DNA from: the human T2T-CHM13v2.0 reference genome, Homo sapiens
Direction: 5' to 3' (one strand)
DNA length: 64,000 bases
Assembly (NCBI RefSeq): GCF_009914755.1
Contig: NC_060927.1
Positions 33,593 through 49,367 of the stretch are shown one piece after another. The notes beneath the pieces were generated by a model that was not told the origin of the DNA, did not search any database, and saw nothing but the letters and a program-made list of their open reading frames with translations. The first letter of the stretch is position 1, and each line of letters starts with the position of its first letter. The translations under genes and the position numbers were made by a program.

Positions 33593-34711
33593 AAGAAATG
33601 TATACGTACCAGGACAGCCTTTATAAAGCAAGCAAAGAAACAAAATCCCTTCCAAAACAGAACCTATCTTTAAGATTTGCAGACACAAATTTGTTTTCAA
33701 ACCACAGAAAAACATATGTACATGCCACATAATATCTCTTAAGGCATGGGCAGATGTGCTCTTACCCCAGACCACTCACATACCAGTTTTGGACATCTTA
33801 TTTAAAAGGTCATGATGTGGTTGAAGAATCAAAACCTATTTTTGTTCAACAACTAATCTCTAGGGTTACTATAGAATTTAAAACCTTGACTCCGAAAATT
33901 CAGATATAAAGAATCTGTCCTCTAACTTACCCTTTTGAGCTACCTCCTGACATAAAGATGAGAATAGTTATGATCTATTAAGCACCTAGTCTGAACAAGA
34001 AATATCTTTCTATATGTTAATGCTAATCCTTAAAATACCTCACAATTTGTTCCATATCCCCTCATCTTATAGATGAGGAAATTGGGACTTAAAGAACATA
34101 AGTAACAGTCTAAGGTCACTCTGGTAGCTAGTGGAGCTGCATTCAAGTCTAGATCTGTCTGGCCATAAAGCCCAAGCTCTTTTCTCAAATTTAGAAATTG
34201 TCAATCTAGAATTCCTAAATGGGCCTCAGAATATTCTCAAGAGCCTAAAATTCGGTGCAAATCTGTAAGTATATGTGTATATGCATTTTTCTGGGGAGAG
34301 GATCTAAAACTTGTATCAGGTTTATCAGCTATATTTACAGAGCCTATCACAGTCTTGAAGACAGTAGGCACATGATAAATATTTGTTCAATAAATAATAT
34401 GGGTCTGTGACACTAAAATAGGTTAAGAACCATTGCTTTTATTATGTGTCCCAGTACTGCTGTAGCTTGTCCCATTATCTATGCTATGATTTAACAGATT
34501 TGAATTTCCAGTGCTACTGCCTTTGTTTTGGACACATACATTCATTCTTTTTTTAAAAAAAGAAGATTTAAAATTCAGAATCTAGCTGATATGCCACTTA
34601 AAACTATTTGATATTTATATTAAAAAATTAAAAACTTTTAGACAGTATTGTCCAAGGATGATTTTCCTTAAACAGATCACAACAGTGCAAAGGACTGCAA
34701 ACTATTTAGAC

Positions 34712-35031
34712 TAGCAGTACGGAATAGAAATATAATGTGAGTTCCAAATGCAAGCCACATTTGCAATTTTAAACTTTCTAGTAGTCACACTTTAAAAAGT
34801 AAAAAGAAACAGGTAAAATTAATTTTAATAATATATTTTATTTAAATCACTATATCCAAAATATTATCATTTCAACCTGCAAGCAATATCAAAGATTATT
34901 GAGTTATTCCACATTTTTTTTTTCATGCTAAGTCTTGGAAAGCCAGTGTACATTTTACATTCAATTCAGAAGGCTCCCTTCTTCATACTTGGTGGCCACA
35001 TTGGCTCATGGCTGCCATACTGAACAGTGCA
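34712..35031. mobile_element. MER33-like hAT-Charlie MITE
   Basis: aatagaaatataatgtgag...gccacatttgcaattttaaactttctagtagtcacactttaaaaagtaaaaagaaacaggt...ggctgccatactgaacagtgca. Confidence 0.8.
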
Positions 35032-35383
35032 CGTAGAGACTCAGGTGACTGAAAGAGGTGGACAAGGTTGATGAAGGCCGCAACGAAGTAGGAAGAAAGT
35101 GCAGCAGGTTTTGGCATGTGAGGAGACACTTCAGTGATCCAAAGTACAATGATGTTAGGTCAGGCCGCCAGCTCATATTGCCAAAATTGCAGCTTTGTAG
35201 ATGATTATTAAGATGGGCCCAAGAAAACAGTATAACATTCAGCATTTCAGCAGAAGTCTTTTCCTATTTCCACAGTCACCTTTTCTTGGAAACAGACACG
35301 CACATGGGTGCACATGTAGGGGAAGATGTGATGCAGAGTGACTAAAGTTTCGCCTAGTAATTATAATAATTTTGTTCTTTTAA

Positions 35384-35685
<302 letters not shown>

Positions 35686-35867
35686 AGGGATCTGTGAGTT
35701 TTATTGTGTGGGGTTTAGGCAGTCTCTGGCCCCTTAGGAGAGAAAGGAGAAGTAGAGGTCCAGAGTTGCATTCCTCCATTTCACTGATAAAGGAAGGAGG
35801 CTACAGAGAGCCTGAGAGTATAGACTGCAAGACCAGACCATACCTTAAAAGAGCCCAGGAAATTCTG

Positions 35868-36098
35868 TTCCACACCCTGACCAAGCTTAACTCACAGATC
35901 CTGTAAGTGCTTTCTGAGGCCCCACAAAGGCTTATCCTGCTCTGTGCTGTGGCTTGCCTCTTCTGAGGCCAGACACATGGCACACTTAAAACACCTTCTG
36001 CTACCAGGCAAGGCAGTTGTGTTATCTTGAAACCCACTTTGTTGGGCCTCAGAAAGCACTTACAGGATCTGTGAGTTAAGCTTGGTCAGGGTGTGGAA
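35868..36098. repeat. 62-bp inverted repeat (61/62 identical) with 107-bp spacer
   Basis: Arm 1 at 35868-35929 is the reverse complement of arm 2 at 36037-36098, with one mismatch. Confidence 0.97.
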
Positions 36099-36356
36099 TT
36101 CCCTGGCCTTAAATTAAAAGCATTTATTTTAGACCGAATGGTAGATGTTTTAAACTTTAAAAGAAAAAAAAATATGAAGACCTATATACAACTTGAAGAA
36201 AACTGAGATACCATTTATGAGATACATCCAAATTATCAGAGAGTAGACTGGTGCGAGGTTCCACGTGACTGGAAAAAATTTCTCCAACACCGTTACTCAC
36301 CACCACTGTTACCAACACCATCACCAGCATTACTACTACCATAATTGTTACTATTA

Positions 36357-36670
36357 TAGGCGGTCTTCCATATCCACAAGTGCCACATCCATGGTTTCAA
36401 CCAACCACTGATGGAAAATATTTGAAAAATAAAAAATAACAATGCAACAATACAAGTAAAAAAATACAGTATAACAACTACTTACATAGCACTTACATTG
36501 TATTAGGCATTATAAGTAAACTAGAGATGATTTAAAGTATATGGGAGTATATGGGTCGATTATATGCAAACACTATATTATTTTACATAAGGGACTTGAG
36601 CATCGCAGATTTTGGTGTTGGGGAGGTGCTTCCTAGAACCAATTCCCTGTGGATACTGAGGGAAAATTGT
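36357..36670. mobile_element. Tigger3/MER7-like MITE
   Basis: catccatggtttcaaccaacc...acttacattgtattaggcattataagtaaactagagatgatttaaagtat...ccctgtggatactgagggaaaattg; TA flanks. Confidence 0.85.
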
Positions 36671-37858
36671 ACCACCATCATCACCACCACCAACATGCCT
36701 CTCCTTCCATTTATCTGCTCCATGTGGTTGGGAAAAGGACCTAGGAAAATAACATTTTGTGGGGAGCTTCTTTTGCACTTAGGGCTACATCTTCCCAGCA
36801 GGTTACAGGGTCATGGTGTGGTAGGAATTGGAAAGTGCAGCATCTGTAAACCAATCCACAACCCAAACAATTTTTTCCTATTCTATAATGATGAAAAGTC
36901 ACTTGCTGAGCTACCATCGAACAGCAGAATAGAAAAGTCTAAGAAAGCAATTAACTAGCAGGGTGAAAATACAAGTCAGAGATGACTGCTGCTGAAACCC
37001 CATGGGGAGTAATGAGATAAGAATTCTTAGGACTTAATTCATAACAGAGACAGTCAGAGTGTGGAGGAGTGGATGGGTAGGCAATGACTCATGTTCCCTG
37101 CCCAGGGTACAACCTCAAAATAGTGAGACTGATCCTACAGGCATATATGAAAACCAGTCTCAGAACTGCACTCACTAGTCATGGATGATCTTTGTGCTGG
37201 TTAATTTCTAAGACTGCTTTTGTAACAGAGTGGTGCCCTGATCACAGCTAGTTTACAATCAGAAGCAGCTGAGGAGGCTGGTTCTTCAACATGTATGATC
37301 TTGAGCAAGCTTCCTAATTCTCTGAACCTGTGTCTTCATCTGCAAAATGAGAATAATTCAGTATAAATTAGAAAATGCATAGTTAATTACATAGAATCTT
37401 CAAAACATATTGGGAATGATGGTGATAATGTGGACCTTGTTTACTAGCAGAATGCTTGCCTTATCTCTATTCATCTCCTCTACATTCCTAGGAAATAGGT
37501 ACTATTATTATCTCCATTTTACAAATGAGCAAGGTTACTAAAGCTCAGCAAGGTTAATGTCACATAGCTTGCAGAAAGATTTCTTCTACTATACAACTTG
37601 ATCTCTTTAACATGTAAACTGTGTAATTTGCAATAGTTTGAAAATCAATGGAAGATGAAAATGATCCAAACCCCAAAAATAAATACATATGGGAAAAGTT
37701 ACGATCTGGACCAACTGCATTCAAAGGAAATGCAGTTTTATTAGTTTCAAGGACATACAGTAACCAGAAAATGACTAACAAGTGCTGGCAGTTCGGGCCC
37801 AGACTTAGTAAATAGATAAAAATGATTAGCATATCTAAGAAGTTCTTGTCTTGCTTTC

Positions 37859-38297
37859 TATGATGGTTAATACTGACTGTCAACTTGATTGGATCGAAGG
37901 ATGCAAAGTATTGATCCTAGATGTGTCTGTGAGGGTGTTGCCAAAGGAGATTAACATTTGGCAACAGTCAGTGGGCTGGGGAAGGCAGACCCACCATTAA
38001 TCTGGTGGGCACAATCTAATCAGCTGCCACTGAATATAAAGCAGGCAGAAAAACGTGAAAATGCAAGACTGGCCTAGCCTTCTAGCCTGCATCTTTCTCC
38101 TGTGCTCGATGTTTCCTGCCCTCAAGCATGGGACTCCAAGTTCTTCAGTTTTAAGACTCGGACTGGCTCCCCTTGCTCCTCAAGCTTGCAGACAAGCCTA
38201 TTGTGGGACTTCGTAATTGTGTAAGTTAATACTTACTAGACTACCCATTATATATATCCTATTAATTCTGTACCTCTAGGGAACCCTGACTAACATA
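37859..38297 (+). mobile_element. ERVL solo LTR (MLT2A-like)
   Basis: tatgatggttaatactgactgtcaacttgattggatcgaaggatgcaaagtattg...ctctagggaaccctgactaacata; 5-bp TSD ctttc/ccttc. Confidence 0.9.
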
Positions 38298-39859
38298 CCT
38301 TCATTTTGAATAGAGTGTTTTATAAATAAAAGAAAACTGAAGTGTTGGAAAACAAATTATTTTCTCTGGTAAGTAAATGTTTTTCAACTATTACTTAAAA
38401 TGTTTATTTACTTATTAAGCATTTTTTTTACAGATAGCATAAAAGTACACTTCAATCCCTGCAGAAATAATAAAAAAATTAGAGATTAAAAATATCCAAA
38501 TTGTTTTATTGTAAATGTTAAAATTTCTAACCAGCTTGTGTTTTAATTCTTTAAAATATAATGTTCTAAATAAATGTAAATTTCTAAAATGTTTTTCAAA
38601 TCTCAGTTATCCAAACTTCACAAAAAAGATTTATTCTGGTATCAGCTATGTCCTTTGTTATTTTACAGAGTTTTTGAGAAATGCAATTTTTTTTGAAATT
38701 AAATACTTAGGTAATTTCTGAGTACTCTTTATAATAGAAAATGGAAAGACAGAGAAGAAAGTGTTCAGACTATAGGCTTTGACAACACTGGTGGTAAGTC
38801 TGCCCTCAGTCATGAACCCAAGACTTCCATTCACTTTGGTGTCCCAGACATGGCCCAACTTGGGTGTGGAATCTTTTAGCTATTGCTGTTAATCCATGTA
38901 AACTATCTCAGTGAAATGTGTTCTCTTTAAAAGTTAATCAATCATTGCAAAAGAACAATGAGTTTTTTTAAATTAGATATAGTGGGCCCAAACCATGCCA
39001 AATATTTTGTGGTTTTCTGGGAATACAGAAAAGGTAGTTATTGGTATTGAAATAAATGCAGATCTCAGTAAGTCCCAGCTGTTGAACATATGATCACTAT
39101 TTGGGAGAACAAATAGCAATATTTTTTCCATCCCTGGAGTACATTCTGCTCTTGATATGCATGCATAACTACAATAAACAATTAATGGGAGTTACAGAGA
39201 AAGGAGACTAAAGGACTACATTTCTTTTCTGTTGCCTAAATGAAACTTCATTTGGTTGATATCTGTCTAGAGTTAGATTTCCATATGATATAAATGCTGC
39301 GTTAGTATTTTAATTCCATTTTGATAGGATGTCTTTCTTTAAAAAAGCCAACGAAACATCTGTAATAAATTTTTATTAGGTAGTACTTGTTTTTTATTAC
39401 ATATTTGTGGATATAACTAAATTTAATTCTAAACAAACAAGTACTAAGCACCTGCTTTATGACCAGCACTATAACCTGAGAAGCAAAGGAGAAGCACCAG
39501 GCACTGCCCTTGAAGAACATTAAGTTTGAGTAGACAGGTAAAACATGTTTATCCAAAATCACAGATATGTAGAGTTGGAAGGTACCTCAGAGGTAATACA
39601 ATCTTGAGTTTGCATATTGAAATTCCAACACAGAGTTAACAGAAACAAGTGAAATATCCGAACAAGTTGAGCATCATATCATGTTGGTGTCTACACCTGA
39701 TGTTAAGGGACAGCTGCTTTCTTTCTCAATGAGCTTTCTGCCACCCCAAAATGTGGGTCTATTCTGATCTTTTTCAGAGTGTATATAATTCCAAGCTTTC
39801 CAAAATTTCTCAATTTTTAAACATTGTCAACTAATTTGAGTTTTACTAAGTCTGAATGA

Positions 39860-40972
<1,113 letters not shown>

Positions 40973-41464
40973 CAATCTGTGGCCTGCCATTTTGCAACCT
41001 CTGGTCTGCAAATGAAAGGCCTAACCCCTTGATTTTACAGATGTTGAAAATGGTCTGTCCAAAGTCTGAAATTATTTGCCAGGACTCCCAGTCCAAAGCT
41101 TTTTTCACATAACTATATCCTCTCTCAACAAGAAAATAACTAGATGACTCAAAAAGAAAAACACTGTGTTATAAAGCAACATGTTAAAAATAAATTAAAG
41201 CACAAGATAATATAATGAAAACTACAGGGGTAAATCCTGTGGGGAAGAGAAGTAATATAATGCTCATGGCAGGAAGAATTTGAGAAGGCCTTTTTTTAAG
41301 TGGTATTTGAGCTAGATTTTGAAGAAAGTGACTAATAAAAATTGACAAAAAGAAAGAGTGAACGGAATTCAGTAGAAGAAAACACATGTCTAAGGATTGG
41401 CAAATAAATATGCAAGACATCACAGAGAATTTGTTGGCTTAATCGGAGAGTAAAAATTATGTCA

Positions 41465-42010
41465 GCATAATTCATTCAACAAATATTTATTGGGTTCTGT
41501 GTGTCAGGCACTGTTCTAGGTCTTAGGAATACAGCAGCCAGTAAGAAAGCCAAATTCTAGGCCCTTGTAGGCTATTTATTCTAGTGGCACAGATAGATAA
41601 TAAGCAAGTGAAAAATAATATGAAGTACTATGAATAAAATACAACTAAGAAATGTGACAGTAGTGGCTGTACGTGTACAATATTAGACAGGATTGTCAGG
41701 GAAGGCCTCGCTGAGGAGATGGCATTTGGACTGAGTCCCAACAGAGGAGAAGTCATGCAATGACCCATGTGAAGAGCTCTCAAGGCAAGAGAGAAGCTAG
41801 CACACAGGGCCTGGCTAGGAAGGGACAGGAAGAACAGAGCATGGCTACAGCAGAGTGAGCTGTGGTGAAGATGGCAGGAAATGAGGTCAGAAAGACAGGC
41901 AGACACTTCTTAGGCCTGGGTAAAAAGTCTGGAATGAAATGAGGTTTCCTACAGGGAAGCAGTATAAGTTGATTATAAATGGAGAGTTTCCAACAAGAAA
42001 GTAGCATTAT
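41465..42010 (-). mobile_element. L2 3' portion
   Basis: ttcattcaacaaatatttattgggttctgtgtgtcaggcactgttctagg is the L2 3' terminus in reverse complement. Confidence 0.82.
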
Positions 42011-43227
42011 TTGATAAGAAAAGGAAGTAGATAATAGAGATCCTTGAATTGAAGCTGACGGAATATAGTCAATTTCTGGGAGATGCTATAGATTTCAGTG
42101 GGCAGAACAAGAATGAAAATGGTGAATGAGTCTCTTCTGTTTACTGAGTGCAGAATGGGTTGGGGTCAGGAGCTCTGGGTGAACCCTGGTGTAGATGCCC
42201 AGGTATAAGGGAGGATTATAATTCAGTCAGGAGTGGTGGAAATGAAGAGGAGGAAGTATCATAAACACTAAACAGAATGAATGGATATAAGTTGGAACAA
42301 ATGAAATAAAAAAACTGTTGAGAGAAACATGCACGTTTCAGTGCTGGGAGGCCATTTTAGGAAGTGGCCTTAATGACTAAGATGAGAGAGAACTATCAAG
42401 ATGTAAACTTTTAGGGAATCACAAGACATGTATTACAAGCAATTAGAAATATAAAATTAGAGGCCTTGGGGGTGACAGGTCAAGGCAGCAGAGAGGTTTG
42501 GAACTACTCTTTGTATCAATAAAAATGGAAGCTAACAAGAGGTTTAACTCCCAGAAGGTAATGGAAAGGAAGAGAAAGAAGTAAAAAAAAGAAAAAAATC
42601 CTAAATATATCCACAGCAAGGGTGAGAGTTCAGTGTCGCTAGGTGTTTATTCTGTTTTATTTTTTAAATTGGTCTGTTCAGTCAAGGAAAAAAGAACAAA
42701 GCCCCTTTGTGAACTCAGCGCTGGAAAAAAACAGCTTGCTGGAAACAGACAGCTATTATTTATCAATGTAATAAACACTAATATGTTTTATTGTAAGAAA
42801 GTGTTATTTGAAACAAAATTTAAAGACACTTAAAATTTACACTCAGTTGAATGGATTCTCTGTAATCTTTACTTACTATTGATGATTACTCAATGTCTGA
42901 ATGTAAATTTGAGTCTTTTCCTGGATTCTCTAGCCTCCCTACACAGTCTAAGGCTGATAGTCCTGAACTTGAAGGCTCTGAGTTTACAAATCAAACTAAA
43001 CAAAACTTCAGCCAGACTTAAAAAAACAAACAGCTCTTTACTTTAACCATAGAAAAGCATTAATTTTATCTTTCAACAAAAATAAAATTTGATAAGACCT
43101 TTAATAGTAGAGGAATAACTGTTTTAGCATAGCATAGAGCAGGAGATCATTTAAGGAACAAAACAGTTGATTGTTTTATAGGAAGACCCTTGACTATTGT
43201 CAGTTCCTCTTAAAAATAAGAATCAAA

Positions 43228-43621
<394 letters not shown>

Positions 43622-43819
43622 CTAAAGGAATTTCTCTGAACTGTTTTTAAAATGCTTCCACTTTTGTGTTTGTTTTTTGGGAAAATTACTAGTATTGTTT
43701 TTGTAACATTAAATATGTTCACCAGTGCTCATCATCAAGAATTAAAACAATACAAATCTGAACACGAAAAAAAATCTCACTTTTTACCACATATCATTAA
43801 GAGTATAAAAACTTATCCA

Positions 43820-44113
<294 letters not shown>

Positions 44114-44588
44114 CCGTATCCAGATTCTTTCTCCGCATATATGTAAATGAGAAGATAGGTAGACAGAAGGGTAAAAATGTAGTATGGAGATAGAGAAATA
44201 CTTTAATGAAAGTTAGGTACTGTGTTGCTATTTTTGGTAAACTGTATTGCATTTCATTTGACCTGAATTTCAGTAGAAGAAAAGGCAAAAAATAAAGGAG
44301 GAAAAAGAAGGAATAAAATATCAGAAAACACAAAAAGCATTACAGTACTTTGGCCTGTGGTGCCATGCAATTATCTATGAGGTGTGCTAATGCTTTGATT
44401 TAGTAGACATTTATTGGCTTTATGTATGTTACGTTATGTATGTATGTACATGTTTAATACTTCATTTTGATATATTACCCTGATTAATCTATCATGTTTA
44501 ACCCATTCAGTCATAATGTATAAAATGGCTTTCCATCAAGAGAACATATTTTCCATTGATATATGCTAAAAACTAAGAGAATGTAGTA

Positions 44589-45910
44589 TAGGCAATCCTC
44601 TCTTTGCATAGTTCTGATATGCATGAATTTCAGTTACCACATTTTAATTAAATAATACTAGTCCTCCATTAACACAGCTCAAGTTTCAGTTACCATGGTA
44701 TATTAACTGTAAGTAATCATATAAAGTACAAAGTTTGCTCCTAGCTCTTGACAAATCACTAAGTAAATAACAGACACATATCATGATCCATGACCAATTA
44801 CATCACTTCCTTCAGAATAGTGTGTGATTGGTCACTGCACATCTGTTATTCAGTTTACCCCCAGAGAGCAAAGTGTACAGCTGTGTTGTCTTCTTGTCAA
44901 CCAGTGATTAACCCCTGTAACATTTTCTAAAAATGGGTAATCAAAAAAGTGAACTGACTAACAAAGATGGAAGTACAGCAAAGAAATGAAAAGTGAAAGT
45001 GCTGGAAGTGAAATTTGAATCCAATGTAAATGGAGTTATAGAAGAAAATGCTGACTGTGGCAATGTTGACACTGCTGGGGTTTCAGAGCTTCTAGATATG
45101 CAGCCAGAGGAACTCATCAACATCAGTGAGTAAAGTGGTTGTGATGAAAAGGATGACAATGTCCCAGAGGAAGTGATTCCAGGAAGATATTTCACATTAA
45201 AGAAACTCTAGGAGGCCAGGCGTGGTGGCTCACGCCTGTAATCCTAGCACTTTGGGAGGCTGAGGTGGGTGGATCACCTGAGGTCAGGAGTTCGAGACCA
45301 GCCTGGCCAACATGATGAAACCCCATCTCTACTAAAAATACAAAAATTAGCCAGGCTTGGTGGTGGGTGCCTGTAATCCCAGCTACTCAGGAGGCTGAGG
45401 CAGGCAGAGGTTGCAGTGAGCCAAGATTGCAGCATTGCATTCCAGCCTGGGTGACAGAGCGAGACTCCATCTCAAAAAAAAAAAAAAAAAAGAAAGAAAG
45501 AAACTCTAGAAGATATTTCATGACATAAAAAATGCAAAGGATAAATTGTTGGAAGCTGATTTAAACCTAGAAAGGTACATAAAATTCGCCAAGGCATAGA
45601 AAAGATATGGTAAGTTATACAATGAGAAGAAGGCAAATACTATTGAAACTACTCTTGATGAGTTTTTTACAAAAAAGTAAAATACTTTGATCCTCAATGT
45701 TTCTAATGTTTTATAGTATATTAAATGTTAATTTTTACTATTTTTTCATTTCTTTACACATTTGTAATGACTGTAAGAGAGTTTTTAATGTTTTCTCAAA
45801 AATTTGTCAGGGACATGGAATAATCATGTCCCACTGATTATTAAGATCACTTCCCATGGCTTCTGCTTGCAGTCTTTTTCATGATCCTGTGCAAAAGTGA
45901 GGTCTGCCTA
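44589..45910 (+). mobile_element. TcMar-Tigger family non-autonomous DNA transposon with nested Alu
   Basis: Terminal inverted repeats taggcaatcctctctttgca / tgcaaaagtgaggtctgccta, each flanked by TA; internal decayed transposase-like sequence at ~44930-45660. Confidence 0.85.
45213..45497 (+). mobile_element. AluSx with right-arm deletion
   Basis: TSD aaagaaactctag; the join ggctgaggcag|gcagaggttgcag lacks ~22 nt. Confidence 0.96.
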
Positions 45911-48012
45911 TACCTAATTATATCATGCAAATTAGGACTTAAATATATTTTGTCTCCATTTCATGTATCTTGACTGCCTAACTAGATTTTTAAACTACTT
46001 AATTGCAGAAATAAGGCACCCTCTAACTTCCACATTGCCTACCTCACTTAGAACATCATTGAATATTTGCCAAGTGCTTAATTAGTACTTACTGATTCAC
46101 TAATTATTATTATATTGAATGTTAGGGTGTTGATAGTGTGAAGTCATAATAATAAATGTTATTTTTTTTCGTTAGAGTATAAACTTTACCCATTCTACTT
46201 TCCACTGTTAGGGCTATAAATATGACCTCTAGACTGTGCCCTGCTAGCTCCAGGGTGCACTGTTGCAAACAGTGGCCTGTGGATTTGCTTCATGTACAAC
46301 CTTTATAATCCACAGGCAGCCCTGAGGCACATTCCCAGAACCTAGAACAAAGGCACAGAATATTTGTTGATGAATTTAATTAATAATTACTGTGACTGCA
46401 CTGCACATTACTTTATGCCAGATGTTTTATATACATTATCTCATTTTATCTTTACAATAATAATCCTATGACCCCAATTTTATAGATGAAAAAAGCTTAG
46501 CTCAGAGAGATTAAGTGACCCACCCAGGAAGGACATGTTAGAGCTGGAATACGAATCCAGGGCTGTCTTATTCTAATGTGTCTCAGCCACTACAGTGATG
46601 AAAAACTGACATCAGTGCCATCAAATGATGTGGAAATGGATTATACAGAAAGATGATGCAATTAAAAATCTCTTCAAATTCATTTTTTTTTAAATCACAG
46701 GCCTATTTTGACAAGGTGAGTACTTCTCATCAAATTTATGTTTGCATAATTTTCCATTTATAATTTCTCTTATGATATTTTTTAAAAAACTAATTCTCAA
46801 AAAGAATCACAAAAATGTATTTCTTATATTAGCCATAAGTGGGAAAATATGAGACATAAATGGTAAAAAATTATATTATGATTATTTAAGACAGCCTCTA
46901 TATTTATAGGTCACTTTAAAAAGTTCTTCTGTTGTATCAAAGCATGTGTGAGTAACATCTGTTACATTTTCAAAAGTTCATGTTTTTTAAAAAGTTGGTT
47001 TTCTGCTTTGATATATCACTATACAAACACTTGATAGACACTTCTGGCTAATAAACTATTGATTGCAGGGGAGAAGTATCACTGTGGTACTATATAAACT
47101 ATAAATATCTATTCATTTTAATTTCTTACCATAGTAACAGCACACCAGATCAACCACAGTAGGCTTTTCATGGGAAATGCCAGGTAGCACATGAAACTTG
47201 AAGAGGCCATCATGGACTATATAAGAGGCTGTGATGGAACTGGGTAAACCCACTATTACTAGAGGACTGTTATCACTGTCAACTTAGCAATGCCACTGCT
47301 TCACACTTGTTTTCTTTTACTTTGTATGTAATAAAATATGCTTTTGACTATTCTTCTCCCCAACAAACAGATGCATATATACTATTTGGTGGAAGTTTCC
47401 ATTTGAATCCACTGCTGAACAGATATTGTGCCTTACTATCTAATTTCTGCCCCCCAGCCCCTTCCCCTTTCCTTTCTGAGGAGTCTATGTTAAAACTGCT
47501 TTTTAAAATCAGGATTTTATTCTTTGAATTTATTTCTTTGATATTTGTTCTACTTTTAGACTCCTGCTGTGTGCTATTCACAATGCCTTTTTCTGGTAGT
47601 TCACTTTGCCTTCCTTCAAACCTTCACAGTTGTCTTCCTTTTCTTTAAACAAGAAGATCAATTCATTTAGAAGATCAATTGCATTTAGTAGATGCTCATG
47701 TAATGTGGCACCTTGGCCTATATTTGGGACCTAAAATTATTATATCAATAGTGGTCAGTTAGTGGGGCTCTTCTGTTGACATTCTCTCTCTCAGATATCT
47801 CAGCCTCCTTGGGGCTTAAATCATATCACCTCTGTGCAGATTCAATCATTTAACAACTATTTATTGAATACTTACTATATGCCGGGCCTATAGATACGGT
47901 GGTGAAAAATAATCCTCTTACTTTCATTGAGCTTACATTTTCATGGGGAGGATATTAAACAAAAGAGTGAGTAAAAGAATAAGCAATATAAATTCTGATA
48001 GATAACTGCAAC

Positions 48013-48544
48013 TGTAGGGGAGGAAAAAATTTTCCTCTACTCTTTTAGTTTCTGTACCTGAAAACTGTGAATTCACTGAAGAAAAGCATACACATTTTAT
48101 TTGATGTTAATAGTGTGACATGGTATGGCAGCTTCACGAGAAAGACATGAAAATCCCAAAGAAGCAGTTGGACTCAGGGATTATATACCATATAAACAAA
48201 GGGCAATAAATTGTGGAAAAGAAACTAGACAAAGGAAAGGGGTTTTGGTTCATAGGGGTGGTAAACTACGGGAACATGACTAGGAAATATATGGGTGAAA
48301 CTAATACAATTTAAGGGTCATTCTTAAATTTTATTCCTTGTGCACACTCATCTCAGTGTCAACGCCTCATCTCTGGTAACAAGAATGTTCTTTTCTTCCT
48401 GGTACCAGGAATATCAGGAAGACATTTTTTCTGGAAAAAAAAAAAAAAAAAAAAAAAAAAGGCAGAGAGCCTTTTGCATCTGCTGTCTCTCGATTACCTT
48501 TAGATCAAATGGTTAATATGTCAAAGCAGCTCTGATCCCATTCA
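48013..48544 (-). mobile_element. ERV1 solo LTR (MER34-like) with internal A26 run
   Basis: tgtaggggaggaaaaa...tctgatcccattca; reverse complement starts tgaatgggatcaga..ctttgacatattaaccatttgatctaaagg. Confidence 0.7.
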
Positions 48545-49003
48545 CTATGAAGGCAGTAAGTGGGTACTATGGTGGGGTGGGAATGCACTACTTTAAATAG
48601 GGTGATTAGGGATTAGGTTTTTAAGAAATGACATTTGCTCTGAGAACTGACGGCGATATGTTGGTCAGTCAGCCAAAATCCCAAGAAAGACATTTTCAGG
48701 AAGAGGAAGCAGTACTGCTACCCTGAGGTAGCAATGAGCTTGTCCTGTTTGAAGAACAGAAGAAGGTCAGGTGGCTAAAGAGGGGTAAGCAAGGGTGAGT
48801 GTGGAGGAGGTAAGGCCAAGGAATAGTCAGGGGCTGGATCCTGTGAGGCCACTGTGGGTCAGGGAAGGCACTTGGGTTTTATTCCAAACGTAATAAGAGG
48901 GGGCTCCTGAAGGATTTAAAGAGGAGATACATATAAGTCAATGTATATTTTTAAAAGTTTACTCAGAATATGTGTGTAAAATGGATTTTAGGAGGTAGGA
49001 TAG

Positions 49004-49367
49004 TGTATTAGTCTGTTCTTACGCTGCTAATAAAGACATACCTGAGACTGGGTAATTTACAAAGAAAAAGAGGTTAAATGGACTCACAGTTCCACATGGC
49101 TGGGGAGGCCTCACAATCATGGCGGAAGGTGAAGGAAGAGCAAAGGCACGTCTTACATGGTGGCAGGCAAGAGAGCATGTGCAGGGGAACTCCCCTTTCT
49201 AAAACTATCAGATCTTGTGAGACTTATTCACTATCAGGAGAACGGCATGGGAAAAACCTGCCCCCATTACTCAATTACCTCCCACCCATCCTTCTCATGA
49301 CATGTTGGGATTATGGGGGCTACAATTCAAGATGAGATTTGGGTGGGGACACAGCCAAACCATTTCA
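49004..49367 (-). mobile_element. THE1 (MaLR) solo LTR
   Basis: tgtattagtctgttcttacgctgctaataaagacatacctgagactggg...gggtggggacacagccaaaccatttca; TSD gatag/ggtag. Confidence 0.93.

Noticed and set aside
44930-45660. Transposase gene in the Tigger-like element
   Set aside because: Internally deleted, contains stops and is interrupted by an Alu; ORF 44941-45195 is its antisense shadow.
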